64,000 nucleotides of DNA from Actinomycetes bacterium (lineage in GTDB: Bacteria; Actinomycetota; Acidimicrobiia; Acidimicrobiales; JAJYXR01). Shown piece after piece: positions 27,657-36,703 of this stretch. The stretch's first letter is position 1. Each line of letters begins with the position of its first letter. The notes under the pieces are model-generated. The model made no database searches and had not been told where the DNA came from. It saw nothing but the letters and a program-made list of their open reading frames with translations. The translations under genes were made by a program, and so were the position numbers. The stretch spans positions 5,052 through 69,051 of the forward strand of contig JAJYXW010000034.1 of assembly GCA_021801525.1 (NCBI GenBank), in the 5' to 3' direction.

Positions 27657-28469
27657 TTAGCGCCCGAATACCGAGAGCCACTGCTCGGGGGTATCGAGCC
27701 TGAACACGTAATTGCTCCGCCTGGTCTCACCAAGCTTAGCGAAGGGCTCCGGCGAGTAGAGGTGTCCTGGGTAGAGGACGGTCTCGTCCCCGAAGCGCGC
27801 CAGGCGCGTAGTGAGCGACTCGTACATCTGCTCTGGGCTCCCCCCTGGGAGGTCCGTACGCCCACATCCATCCAGGAACAACGTGTCGCCGGCCACCAGA
27901 CGCCCCTCCACATGGAAGCACTGGCTGCCCGGAGTGTGCCCGGGCGTGTGGACCAGCTCCACCTCCACCTCGCCCGCACGCACCACGTCCCCGCTGCCGT
28001 GTGGGACGATGTCCTCGCGCGTCAGTCCCGTGGTGCGCTCTACCCAAGGAACCTCGTCTCGCTGAACGTGGACCGGGACCGAGACCTCCTCGAGCAGGCG
28101 CGCCACGCCTTCGATGGTATAGCCCATCATGTCCCCGCCGACATGGTCCGGGTGGTAGTGGGTGGCGAGCACTCCGGAGATACGCATGCCGTCGGCCTCT
28201 GCTATGGCGATCAGCTCGTGCACGCCGTATGCCGGGTCCACGAGCAGCGCCTCACCCGCAACCCGGTCCCCGATCAGGTAGCAGAAGTTGACCATCTGGC
28301 GGGCGATCTCGTCGCCGGCCGCGAAGTCCCGCCCGGCCAGCAACTGGCGGAAATAGAGCCGGGCCGGGCTGTTCGGAGGGCTGTTCGGAGGGCTGTTCGG
28401 AGGGCTGTTCGGAGGGCCGCCTGCTGGTCCCCCCGCCGGCGGCTCCTCGGCACTGGAGAAATCGCTCAT
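27657..28469 (-). CDS. MBL-fold metallo-hydrolase (glyoxalase II-like)
   Basis: ATHYHPDHVGG (HxHxDH) and TPGHTPGS. The N-terminus contains (PPNS)4 from 12-bp repeats. ATGA overlap with the def stop. Confidence 0.8.
   Translation of the reverse strand: MSDFSSAEEPPAGGPAGGPPNSPPNSPPNSPPNSPARLYFRQLLAGRDFAAGDEIARQMVNFCYLIGDRVAGEALLVDPAYGVHELIAIAEADGMRISGVLATHYHPDHVGGDMMGYTIEGVARLLEEVSVPVHVQRDEVPWVERTTGLTREDIVPHGSGDVVRAGEVEVELVHTPGHTPGSQCFHVEGRLVAGDTLFLDGCGRTDLPGGSPEQMYESLTTRLARFGDETVLYPGHLYSPEPFAKLGETRRSNYVFRLDTPEQWLSVFGR
28366..28416. repeat. 12-bp x4 tandem array at the 5' end of the MBL hydrolase gene
   Basis: gggctgttcgga four times. Encodes (PPNS)4. Confidence 0.97.
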
Positions 28470-28966
28470 CGGTACACCTTTCTCGGGTAGACGTTAGCTG
28501 GGCCGGGAACCCGGTCGAGGAAAACCAGACCGTCCAGGTGGTCGATCTCGTGCTGGAGCGCCCTTGCCTCGAACGCGTCGGCCTCCAGCTCCAGGCGGCG
28601 GCCGTCGATCCCGATCCCGCCCAGTAACACCTTGGCAGCACGCTCCACGTCCCCGGTCAGATCCGGCACGCTCATGCATCCTTCGCGCGCGCTCTCGGGA
28701 TCGGAGGCTGCCATGACCTCGGGATCGAACATCACCACCAACCCGTGGCACGAGCGCGCCTTTTTGTGCCCGGTCACGTCGACCACGAACGCCCGCAGGC
28801 TCACTCCGATCTGGGGCGCTGCCAAGCCGACGCACGCCGGCGAGGCTCGCATCGTGTCGACGAGGTCCCGCGCTAGCGCGATCTCCTGCTCACCCACACG
28901 GCCGACCGGCGCGGCTCGCGTACCGAGGACCGGGGCAGGTATGGAAAGGACGCTCCTGACCACCAC
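28466..28966 (-). CDS. def: Peptide deformylase
   Basis: GLAAPQIG, EGCMSVP and QHEIDHLDG motifs. Confidence 0.95.
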   Translation of the reverse strand: MVVRSVLSIPAPVLGTRAAPVGRVGEQEIALARDLVDTMRASPACVGLAAPQIGVSLRAFVVDVTGHKKARSCHGLVVMFDPEVMAASDPESAREGCMSVPDLTGDVERAAKVLLGGIGIDGRRLELEADAFEARALQHEIDHLDGLVFLDRVPGPANVYPRKVYR

Positions 28967-28972
28967 GGCAGA

Positions 28973-29545
28973 TCAGAGAACCTCGGGATCATGCAGCCTG
29001 ATGTGACAGCTGACCCCGAGATCCTCGGCCGCAATTCGCACACGGGCGAGCGCTTCGCTCCCAGCACCCGCCTCGAACCCAACCTGCATCACCATGGCGT
29101 ACACGGGGGAAGACTGCTCTCCCACCAGGTGCGTCGAGAGATCCGATATGTTGCCCCCCGCATCGGCGATCGCCGTCGCGATCCCGTGCACGATTCCGGG
29201 ATGGTCCGCTCCGTGCACGGACACCGTCCAGGTCTCACCCCTACCCGTGCCGGGAACTGCCTGAGGAGGGGGGCCCCCGAAAGATCCCGCCGTGCCGAGG
29301 TCCGCAAGGGGCCTCACCGAGACCACGAGGTCGAAGGAGGCCGCCGGGCCCGCCAGGGACTCCTCCAGAGAGCTGGCCGTCTCTCCCTCAGGAGCCCCGA
29401 GCACCAGCAAGACCGCGAAGTGCCCTCTGAGCACGGTCATCGTCGAGTCCTCGAGGTTGCAGCCGCGCTCAGCGAGCGCGCCGCTCAGGGCGGCGACTAT
29501 CCCGGGGCGGTCCACTCCGAGGGCGCTCAACGCGAAGCGGGGCAT
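28973..29545 (-). CDS. Tandem ACT-domain protein (GcvR-like)
   Basis: Two ACT-like modules (GVDRPGIVAALSGALAERGCNLED; GADHPGIVHGIATAIADAGGNISD). Confidence 0.65.
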   Translation of the reverse strand: MPRFALSALGVDRPGIVAALSGALAERGCNLEDSTMTVLRGHFAVLLVLGAPEGETASSLEESLAGPAASFDLVVSVRPLADLGTAGSFGGPPPQAVPGTGRGETWTVSVHGADHPGIVHGIATAIADAGGNISDLSTHLVGEQSSPVYAMVMQVGFEAGAGSEALARVRIAAEDLGVSCHIRLHDPEVL

Positions 29546-29550
29546 GGCGG

Positions 29551-30267
29551 CTACCGAGCTCGAGGCGCGCTCGAGGCGTAGTCGGCGGCCCGCCGCCCGG
29601 CGATGTCGAAAAGGCGCTGGAGCTCTGCCCGGAGCTGTTCGCCGCCTTGGCGCAGCTGGTGGCGCGACACCCGCTTGGCGTCTCCGACCTCGGGAGGACG
29701 GATCGGCTCTCCCACCACCAGTGCGATCCTCGCCGGCTTGAGCAGCTTCGACCCCTTGGGCATCGCATCCTCGCTACCGCCGATGCCGATCGGCACTATG
29801 GGCGCCCCGGTCCTCGCTGCCAGGAATACCGCACCCTCATGGAGATCCTCGACCACCGGCCCGCTGCGCCGGGTGCCCTCGGGGAAAACCACCAGGACCC
29901 CGCCGGACTGGAGCACTGCCTCGGCACGGGCGAGCGCGCCGCGATCCGGTCCGGAGCGGTTCACGGGGAAGGCCCCGAGCCATTCGAGCACCTTTCCCCC
30001 GAGTCGGGAGCGCCAGAGGTTGTCCTTTGCCATAAACGCGATAGGCCGGCGGGTGACCTCGGAGACCAGGAAGAAGTCGATGAAACTGCGATGCACCGGG
30101 GCCAGGATGACGGGACCGTCAACCGGCACGGACTCGGCCCCCTCAGCCGCCACGCGCCAGTATGTCCTGTTGACCATGTGCGCGACTTGCCGGAGGAGGC
30201 GGTAGAGCACCGCCGATATACCGCTTCTCGCGACGCCCGGAAGCGCTGGCTGCCCGTTGGCAGTCAC
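29551..30267 (-). CDS. plsC: 1-acyl-sn-glycerol-3-phosphate acyltransferase
   Basis: HRSFID (HX4D) and FPEGTRR motifs. Confidence 0.85.
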   Translation of the reverse strand: MTANGQPALPGVARSGISAVLYRLLRQVAHMVNRTYWRVAAEGAESVPVDGPVILAPVHRSFIDFFLVSEVTRRPIAFMAKDNLWRSRLGGKVLEWLGAFPVNRSGPDRGALARAEAVLQSGGVLVVFPEGTRRSGPVVEDLHEGAVFLAARTGAPIVPIGIGGSEDAMPKGSKLLKPARIALVVGEPIRPPEVGDAKRVSRHQLRQGGEQLRAELQRLFDIAGRRAADYASSAPRAR

Positions 30268-30292
30268 CGTCGCGTCCCTCCCGCCTTCTCGA

Positions 30293-30958
30293 TCACAGCC
30301 TTGCCCGAAGTGCTTTCACGACTGCTTCGACGACCTCCTCGGCGCGCCACTTCGTCGAGTCGATCACCAGCGCGTCCTTGGCCGCCTCGCCGGCGCTCGG
30401 AAGCGGCGAGTCCCCACGCTGGGCATCCAGCGCGTCGCGCCTCGAGAGCTGCTCGGCTCGTGCATCCCCGCCCGAGCCCGCCTCTGCAGCCCTTCGCCTG
30501 GCCCGCTCGGTGAGGTCCGCCGTCAGGTACACCTTCAGGTCTGCGTCTGGCAGCACCACCGTCCCGATATCCCGCCCCTCCACGACGCCGCCGCCGTGCT
30601 CGTCCACCCAGACCCGCTGGCGATCCACGAGGACACGCCTGACAAGCGGGTTGGCTGCCACGAGCGACACCGCCCAGTCGACCTCGGGTGTCCTGATCGC
30701 CGACGTCACGTCCTCACCGTCCACGAGCACCCGATCCCCGAGGCACATCTTCAGGCTGCTCGCAAGCTTGCCGACATCTTCGAGGTCCTCGGGGCCGATC
30801 CCCCGCTCCAGCGCCGACCAGGCAACTGCGCGGTACATGGCCCCTGTGTCGAGAGCGCGGGACCCCAATCGCTCGGCGAGTGCCCGCGCCAAGGTGGACT
30901 TCCCGGCTCCTGCGGGTCCGTCTATCGCCACGACAGGTTTCGGCCACTTCCTCGTCAT
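30293..30958 (-). CDS. cmk: Cytidylate kinase
   Basis: VVAIDGPAGAGKSTLARALAERLG P-loop and GRDIGTVVLPDA. Confidence 0.95.
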   Translation of the reverse strand: MTRKWPKPVVAIDGPAGAGKSTLARALAERLGSRALDTGAMYRAVAWSALERGIGPEDLEDVGKLASSLKMCLGDRVLVDGEDVTSAIRTPEVDWAVSLVAANPLVRRVLVDRQRVWVDEHGGGVVEGRDIGTVVLPDADLKVYLTADLTERARRRAAEAGSGGDARAEQLSRRDALDAQRGDSPLPSAGEAAKDALVIDSTKWRAEEVVEAVVKALRARL

Positions 30959-30967
30959 CGCTTCTCG

Positions 30968-31060
30968 TCACCTCTGCCAATCACCTCTGCCAAGCACCTC
31001 TGCCAATCACCTCTGCCAGTCACCTGCCTCAATCACCTCTGCCAGTCACCTGCCTGCCAA
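30968..31060. repeat. ~13-bp x7 tandem array immediately upstream of cmk
   Basis: tcacctctgccaa and variants. On the mRNA strand each unit reads ttggcaGAGGTGA. The proximal copy is the cmk RBS, 9 nt from the ATG. Confidence 0.95.
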
Positions 31061-31113
31061 CCCTGCGTGCCCAGAGCACCGCGAGCAGCCGCCGTATCGC
31101 TGCCCGAACCGGG

Positions 31114-32568
31114 TCAGGATCCCCTGAGCCGCCCCAACTCCGCGCCGAACCCAGGGTAGCTGGTCGCGACCGCCGACCACCCGTCTATTCTGCAGGTGCC
31201 ACCCGGTACCGCCAGCGCTCCCACGGCTGCCGCCATGGCAACGCGGTGGTCTCCCAGCGCGTCGATCCTGAATGCCCGAGGGGTCGTTGCAGCACCCTTC
31301 GTACCAATACCCTCGATGACCAGATCGTCGCCCAGCACCTCGGCCTCGCCGCCTAGGAGACTTGCAAGTCGGGCGCTGCCAGCCAGGCGATCAGACTCCT
31401 TCACCCTCAGCTCGCCCACGTCCCTGAATGCCGTCCTACCCTCTGCCAGCGCGGCCGCGACCGCCAGCGCGGGAACCTCGTCCAGGCCGGGAATCTCCGA
31501 CCCGTGGACCTCGGTGCCTACGAGGTGCGAGGCGCGAACCCGGAGCCGCACGCCGGACCCGGTATCCCCCTCGCCTCCAGCATTTCCTGCCCCCTGGCCG
31601 GCCGGCACGACTTCCAGATCGGCGCCCATTCGCTCGAGGACTCCAAGGAACCCGTTTCGCTCCGGCCCGGCGTAGAAGCTCTCCACGACGAGCTCGCTGC
31701 CGGGGACTATCGAGCCGGCAACTGCCCAGAACGCAGCCTGCGAGGGATCCCCCGGCACGGTGAGGTCGAAGGGCGAGAGCGCGGATAGACGTACACGGAC
31801 GACCCACTCCTCCCCCTCCTGCGAAGCTGAGATATCCGCTCCGGCGAGGCCAAGCAGCTCCTCGGTGTGGACACGGGTCCGAACACGCTCGCGCACCACT
31901 GTCTCTCCTGCCGCACCGAGACCCGCCAAGAGCACTGCCGACTTCACCTGGGCGCTCGGCACCGGCGGCGAATAGTCGACGCCGCGAAGGCTTGCCCCGG
32001 GCGCCGGCCCCCGGACGATGATCGGCGGCAGGCAGCGCAGCCCCCTCCCCTCGACCCTGGCCCCCATCGCTCCGAGGGGCTCCGCTATCCGATCCATCGG
32101 GCGCGTGGACAGCGATTCGTCGCCTCCCAGCTCCACCACCCATGGCAGGCTCGCCACAATGCCTGCGACCAAGCGCATGGTGGTTCCGGAGTTGCCGGCG
32201 TAGAGGGGCTCGTCTGGAGCGTGCAGGCGGTCGGGGCCGCCCAGAACTCTCAGCTCGTAAGCAAAGCTCTCGTCCGGGATGCCCGCTGCATCCTCAACCT
32301 CGCGAACGACCTCGAGAGCGCCTCCGGTTCGGGCAGTTGCCGCCGGCTGAGCAGTGCCTCCAGCTCGAATCTCCGAGCCCAGGGCCTCCATAGCCACGGC
32401 ACTGCGGCGCACGTCCTCGCCGGGCGACAGGCCCCGGAGCACGGACTCCCCCTCCGCGAGGGCTGCCAGCATCAACGCCCGGTGGGAGATCGACTTGTCC
32501 CCCGGCACCCTGACGCTGCCGACAAGTGGCCTTCCTCCCGCCAGCTCCAGGTAGTCGCTCAGGATCAC
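31114..32568 (-). CDS. aroA: 3-phosphoshikimate 1-carboxyvinyltransferase (EPSP synthase)
   Basis: VRVPGDKSISHRALMLAALAEG, GNSGTTMRL and VKESDRL motifs. 4-nt overlap with tyrA. Confidence 0.95.
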   Translation of the reverse strand: MILSDYLELAGGRPLVGSVRVPGDKSISHRALMLAALAEGESVLRGLSPGEDVRRSAVAMEALGSEIRAGGTAQPAATARTGGALEVVREVEDAAGIPDESFAYELRVLGGPDRLHAPDEPLYAGNSGTTMRLVAGIVASLPWVVELGGDESLSTRPMDRIAEPLGAMGARVEGRGLRCLPPIIVRGPAPGASLRGVDYSPPVPSAQVKSAVLLAGLGAAGETVVRERVRTRVHTEELLGLAGADISASQEGEEWVVRVRLSALSPFDLTVPGDPSQAAFWAVAGSIVPGSELVVESFYAGPERNGFLGVLERMGADLEVVPAGQGAGNAGGEGDTGSGVRLRVRASHLVGTEVHGSEIPGLDEVPALAVAAALAEGRTAFRDVGELRVKESDRLAGSARLASLLGGEAEVLGDDLVIEGIGTKGAATTPRAFRIDALGDHRVAMAAAVGALAVPGGTCRIDGWSAVATSYPGFGAELGRLRGS

Positions 32569-33692
32569 GGTCGCTCCAGGAAACCAGCCGTCGGACGGAA
32601 TCCCCGCGCCGCCAGAGCGTCATGCAGCGACTCCGCATCGCGCGAGTCGACGACGAGCACCATCACCCCTCGGTCGCCCTCTACGGAGTGGGCTATCTCG
32701 AGGTCGAAGATGTTGACACCCATGTCTCCCGCCATGGTCGTGATCTCCGCTATGACGCCGGGACGGTCCGGGACCGGCACGCGAACCTCGGCCAGCTCGT
32801 CGGGCGTGCCCGCGCTTGCCGGGAGCACCCGGCGCGCGCTCGCGGCCTGCCCGAGCATGGCAAACAGGCCCGCCCTGTCCTGCCGAGCCACGCGGGAACG
32901 CACTTCCTCCAAGTCCGCGACCAGAGCGTCGAGGGTTGCCACTATGGCAGCGGAGTTGGCAATGCACACATCCGGCCATATCGAAGGCTCTCCTGCCGCG
33001 ACCCTCGTCATGTCGCGAAAGCCGCCGGCAGCCAGCCGCAACAGCGCGGCGTGCTCCGTCGACACCCGCTCTGCCAGGTTCATGAGCGTGGCGGCGGCCA
33101 GGTGCGGAACATGGGATACGACAGCCACCAGGGCGTCGTGCTGGCCTGGGGACAGCGCCACCACCTCAGCGCCAACCATGGCGACGACGCTCCGCAGGAG
33201 CGCGTACGCATCCGGGTCGGTGCCAGCGACCGGGGTGAGCACCCAGGTCGCACCCGAGAAGAGCTCGGCGTCCGCGCCATCGATGCCGGTCTGCTCGGAA
33301 CCGGCCATAGGGTGGCCGCCGACGAAGCGAGGGTCGTCCACCTGGGCGACCACGGGCACCTTCACCCCGGCCACGTCGGTAACCACGGCATCGGCGGCGA
33401 GCCCCGCCTGGTCGAGCACACTCCTCGCCTCGGCAGCCACGGCACCCACCGGAGTGGCGACGAAAGTGACTTCGGCATCCGGGTCGCATCCGATCGCGTC
33501 GAGCGCCCCCGCCTGGAGCGCGCGCTCTGCGCTCTCGGGGTTCGCGTCGCGACCCGTCACATGCCATCCTCTGGCCCGGAGTGCCATGCCGATGGACCCC
33601 CCGATGAGCCCGGTGCCCACCACTGCGGCCCGCCGGGCTCGCACCGGTACGGCCTCGGGCGAGTCGCTCTCGGATCCCTGCTCGCCGTTCAT
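32565..33692 (-). CDS. tyrA: Prephenate dehydrogenase with C-terminal ACT domain
   Basis: AAVVGTGLIGGSIGMAL Rossmann fold, FVGGHPMAGSE, C-terminal ACT (PDRPGVIAEITTMAGDMGVNIFDLEI). Confidence 0.9.
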   Translation of the reverse strand: MNGEQGSESDSPEAVPVRARRAAVVGTGLIGGSIGMALRARGWHVTGRDANPESAERALQAGALDAIGCDPDAEVTFVATPVGAVAAEARSVLDQAGLAADAVVTDVAGVKVPVVAQVDDPRFVGGHPMAGSEQTGIDGADAELFSGATWVLTPVAGTDPDAYALLRSVVAMVGAEVVALSPGQHDALVAVVSHVPHLAAATLMNLAERVSTEHAALLRLAAGGFRDMTRVAAGEPSIWPDVCIANSAAIVATLDALVADLEEVRSRVARQDRAGLFAMLGQAASARRVLPASAGTPDELAEVRVPVPDRPGVIAEITTMAGDMGVNIFDLEIAHSVEGDRGVMVLVVDSRDAESLHDALAARGFRPTAGFLERP

Positions 33693-34057
33693 CCCGGCAG
33701 GTCGTCACGCAGGCTGCGGGCACCGCGCAGGTAAACGTGCACCATCTGGTCGCGGCTTCGGTCGGTCATGAGGTGGATGAGGACGCGCAAGCAGCGCGGC
33801 ACGGAGCCGGCCACGTCGAGCTCTCTCGCGCACAGTAGCGGCACGTCGCCAAGGCCCATCGAGCGCGCGGCAGCAGCCGGGAACATCGACACCACGTCAC
33901 CTGTGGCGGTGAAGATGATGCTCACCAGGTCGTCCTTGGTGACGCCATTGCGCTCGAGCATGGCCGCGAGCAGCTCGTGCATGCTCTCGGTCACCTCTTC
34001 GACGGTGTCGTTCTCCACGGTTGTGGCGCCCCTGAGCGCCCTGACGGTCTGTGACAT
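33689..34057 (-). CDS. aroH: Chorismate mutase, AroH class
   Basis: VRALRGATTVENDT... start and ~120-aa length are typical of AroH-type chorismate mutase. Heads the aromatic operon. Confidence 0.85.
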   Translation of the reverse strand: MSQTVRALRGATTVENDTVEEVTESMHELLAAMLERNGVTKDDLVSIIFTATGDVVSMFPAAAARSMGLGDVPLLCARELDVAGSVPRCLRVLIHLMTDRSRDQMVHVYLRGARSLRDDLPG

Positions 34058-34069
34058 CGCAGCTGCATG

Positions 34070-34816
34070 CTAACCAGGACGCGAGGGGGTGGCGACGCCG
34101 GCGAGCGAGCGGACCTCACCGGCGCTGAGCTCCCTCCAGCACCCCGGGGGGAGCTTGGGGTCCGTCAGCGGTCCGATGCGAGTCCGGACGAGCCTTGTCA
34201 CCGGATGCCCGACAGCCTCGCACATGCGCCGGACCTGCCGGTTGCGTCCCTCGTGAACGACGATCCGCAAGAGAGCATCTCCGGCAACGCTCACTCTGGC
34301 GGGCGCGCTGGGACCGTCGTCGAGGAGCACCCCTTCGCGTAGGCGGCGCAGCGCCGCCGGGCGCGGCCGGCCTGTTACCTGCACCAGGTACTCCTTCTCC
34401 ACCCCGTGCGACGGATGAGCAAGCAGCTGGGCGAGATCGCCGTCGTTGGTCAATATGATGAGGCCCTCGCTGTCGGCATCGAGGCGTCCCACGGGGAACA
34501 CGCGAGGTAGACGCGGAACCAGGTCTACGACCGTGGGCCGGCCCTCCGGGTCACGCACTGTCACCACCACCCCTGCGGGCTTGTTGACCAGATAATGGAC
34601 CAGGCCGGGCCTGATCGGCAGCGGCGCGCCGTCCACGCTCACCGAGTCAGTGAGGGTATCCACACGCTGACCCAGCACTGCAGGCTCGCCGTTCACGCGA
34701 ACACGACCGGCTCGCAGGAGCTCCTCGCATGCTCGCCGGCTGCCCAGCCCGGCTCGTGCCATGACCTTCTGCAGCCGCTCGCCCGGAGGACCGGCTCCAA
34801 GCGGCCCGCCTCCCAC
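34070..34816 (-). CDS. rluB: rRNA pseudouridine synthase, RsuA/RluB family, with S4 domain
   Basis: ERLQKVMARAGLGSRRACEELL (S4) and PVGRLDADSEGLIILTNDG catalytic-Asp motif. Confidence 0.85.
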   Translation of the reverse strand: MGGGPLGAGPPGERLQKVMARAGLGSRRACEELLRAGRVRVNGEPAVLGQRVDTLTDSVSVDGAPLPIRPGLVHYLVNKPAGVVVTVRDPEGRPTVVDLVPRLPRVFPVGRLDADSEGLIILTNDGDLAQLLAHPSHGVEKEYLVQVTGRPRPAALRRLREGVLLDDGPSAPARVSVAGDALLRIVVHEGRNRQVRRMCEAVGHPVTRLVRTRIGPLTDPKLPPGCWRELSAGEVRSLAGVATPSRPG

Positions 34817-34824
34817 CTCGGGGA

Positions 34825-35397
34825 TCAGTGCGGGCCCTCCCCCCGCAGGCTCTCCTCCATGGCAGCCATCTCATCGGCACCAGGTAGGAGGTCCCCCACC
34901 GGCGGCAGTGCTGCTAGAGAGTCGATGCCGAGCTTCTCGAGGAAGAGCGACGTCGTGGCATAGAGGAGTGGCGCTCCGGCACCCTCTGCATGGCCCACGG
35001 GCTCTATATAGCCTCGCCCCGCGAGCATGCGGACGACCCCGTCCACGTTCACTCCCCGAAGGGCCGCGATCTGCGCTCGCGACACCGGCTGGCGATAGGC
35101 GATTATGGCAAGGGTCTCCAGCGCAGCCGACGAGAGCCGCGAGGAGACTCCTTCCAGGGCGAAACGCTCCACGAACGGTGCCATGTCCGGATGGGTCTGG
35201 AAGCGGTAGCCTCCCGCCACGCGGGCGAGGACGAACCCGTGTCCCTCTGAGTCGTACGCCGCTGCGAGCTCGTCGCAAATTGCCTCGACGCGTTCTGCGG
35301 GCAACTCGAGGAGCTCCCCGAGGAAACCGGGGGTGACCGGCTCGACTGCCGACAGCAAGACGGCTTCCACGGCACGATGCTCGATCGGGCGAGCCAC
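34825..35397 (-). CDS. scpB: Segregation and condensation protein B
   Basis: IEHRAVEAVLLSAVEPV..., IAYRQPVSRAQIAALRGV... are ScpB winged-helix repeats. GTG 35397 preferred over the track TTG 35415, which lies inside the inserted element. Confidence 0.85.
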   Translation of the reverse strand: MARPIEHRAVEAVLLSAVEPVTPGFLGELLELPAERVEAICDELAAAYDSEGHGFVLARVAGGYRFQTHPDMAPFVERFALEGVSSRLSSAALETLAIIAYRQPVSRAQIAALRGVNVDGVVRMLAGRGYIEPVGHAEGAGAPLLYATTSLFLEKLGIDSLAALPPVGDLLPGADEMAAMEESLRGEGPH

Positions 35398-35399
35398 TA

Positions 35400-35561
35400 G
35401 TGGTCCGTCTCGCAAATGATCTTGGGTTCCCGCCGGCCAGATGACGCCCCTGGCGGCGTTCTCGTCCTCGACGTAGCTACAGCTACGCCTTCGTCCTCGG
35501 CCTTGCCAGATGACGCCCCTGGCTCGGCGGCCAACGTCACGCTATTTGCGAGACAGACCAC
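35400..35561. mobile_element. 162-bp MITE-like element with 18-bp terminal inverted repeats, flanked by TA within CTAG
   Basis: Left end gtggtccgtctcgcaaat (35400-35417). Right end atttgcgagacagaccac (35544-35561). 17 of 18 positions are complementary. Flanks read c-TA-[element]-TA-g. Internal 19-bp direct repeat gccagatgacgcccctggc (35436-35454 and 35505-35523) and central hairpin cgtagct-ac-agctacg. No ORF. Confidence 0.6.
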
Positions 35562-36427
35562 TAGCCGTCGTACTCCTCCACGGGCACGGACCGGGGAAAG
35601 GGCGCGGACAAGACGAACGGCTCGCCGTAGGACGAGCTCCGCTCGATCACCTCGGGCTCGCCGGGAGAGCCACCCAACCACCTCACATGGAGGTCGCCGA
35701 AGGTGAGAGCCTGCTCGATGTCCACGCGGCCGCGCTTGCAGAGCTCGAGCAGCGCGAGGAAACGAACTATGACCTCCATGCGGGTACGGCAATGAGCGGT
35801 CAGCTCGCGAAATGTGGCCCGCCCCCGGGCCGGAAGGCCTTCCTCGAGCTCTGCGACCGCCTCGGAGACCGTGACCGCCTCGACCGTGACGTGATCCAGG
35901 CCAACCACCGGCTCCGGCCTCGGCGCGCACGCCCTCCGGTACGCCGCTGCTAGATCGTCGGGCGAAATACTCGCGAGCAGGTCGGGCGCGAGCAGCAGAA
36001 ACCTCTCGTCGAGCCCAGCGGTCCGCGGCACCGAGCGCGCAGCCCTGTCGAGCATGCGCGCGATCAGCTCCGCCGCAGCGACGTAGGCGTGCAGCTCGAG
36101 CATGCGCCCGAGAAGCTTGTCGCGCTCCTCCAGGCCTACGAGCTCCTCCTCGTCTTCGACCTCCCCACGCCCGGGCAGGAGCTTGCGCGACTTGAGCTCG
36201 ACTAGCACGGCCGCCACGAGCAAGAACTCCGACACGTCGTCGGTTGGCAACGCCGCGAGATGGGACACGAAGGCGTCGACGACCTCGCCTAGGGGAACGT
36301 CGTAGATGTCGACCTTGTGCTCCGCGACGAGACGCGCGAGCACGTCGAATGGACCAGCGTAAGCGGGAGTCTCGACGCTGAAGGTCACACTCAGACCATA
36401 CCGGCTTGCCCGCCGCCGGGCGCGCAT
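35561..36427 (-). CDS. scpA: Segregation and condensation protein A
   Basis: FSVETPAYAGPFDVLARLVAEHKVDIYDVPLGEVVDAF is a typical kleisin ScpA N-terminus. Located upstream of scpB. Confidence 0.85.
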   Translation of the reverse strand: MRARRRASRYGLSVTFSVETPAYAGPFDVLARLVAEHKVDIYDVPLGEVVDAFVSHLAALPTDDVSEFLLVAAVLVELKSRKLLPGRGEVEDEEELVGLEERDKLLGRMLELHAYVAAAELIARMLDRAARSVPRTAGLDERFLLLAPDLLASISPDDLAAAYRRACAPRPEPVVGLDHVTVEAVTVSEAVAELEEGLPARGRATFRELTAHCRTRMEVIVRFLALLELCKRGRVDIEQALTFGDLHVRWLGGSPGEPEVIERSSSYGEPFVLSAPFPRSVPVEEYDG

Positions 36428-36460
36428 CCGCCTGGAGCAGGAAGAACGGATGCCCCTTTA

Positions 36461-36502
36461 CTGCCCAGCCCCGACTGCCCAGCCCCGACTGCCCAGCCCC
36501 GG
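36461..36502. repeat. 14-bp x3 tandem repeat upstream of scpA
   Basis: ctgcccagccccga three times, 34 nt upstream of the scpA ATG. Confidence 0.95.
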
Positions 36503-36690
36503 GCGACCTCCTTCTTCGGAGCACCACCCGGGGCCGTCCCGGCCATCTCGGTGGGGCGAGCAGCTGAAGCCTTCTGGCTCGACGCTCACGAACCTGGTTC
36601 GAACCTCCTGATCGTAGGTGATGCCGAATATCCCGATTCGTAAGCATACCCAGTAGCATGATCGCGGCATAGAAACCAGTTGAACAGAGA

Positions 36691-36696
36691 TATACT
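36691..36696 (+). promoter_or_regulatory. Candidate -10 box (TATACT) giving a leaderless vapB transcript
   Basis: TATACT ends 7 nt before ATG 36704. No SD sequence precedes that ATG. Sits in a locally AT-richer stretch. No good -35 element. Confidence 0.4.
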
Positions 36697-36703
36697 CACT
36701 GTT

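Noticed and set aside
36580-36610. A GGTTCGAACC motif resembling a tRNA T-loop next to the vapBC module (a possible tRNA or att remnant).
   Set aside because: The flanking bases cannot form T-stem or acceptor pairing on either strand, and no cloverleaf is possible. This is most likely a chance palindrome.
35397-36659. 420-aa minus-strand ORF spanning the scpA region.
   Set aside because: It is an alternate frame of scpA and extremely Arg-rich. The scpA frame carries the kleisin signature and proper operon spacing.
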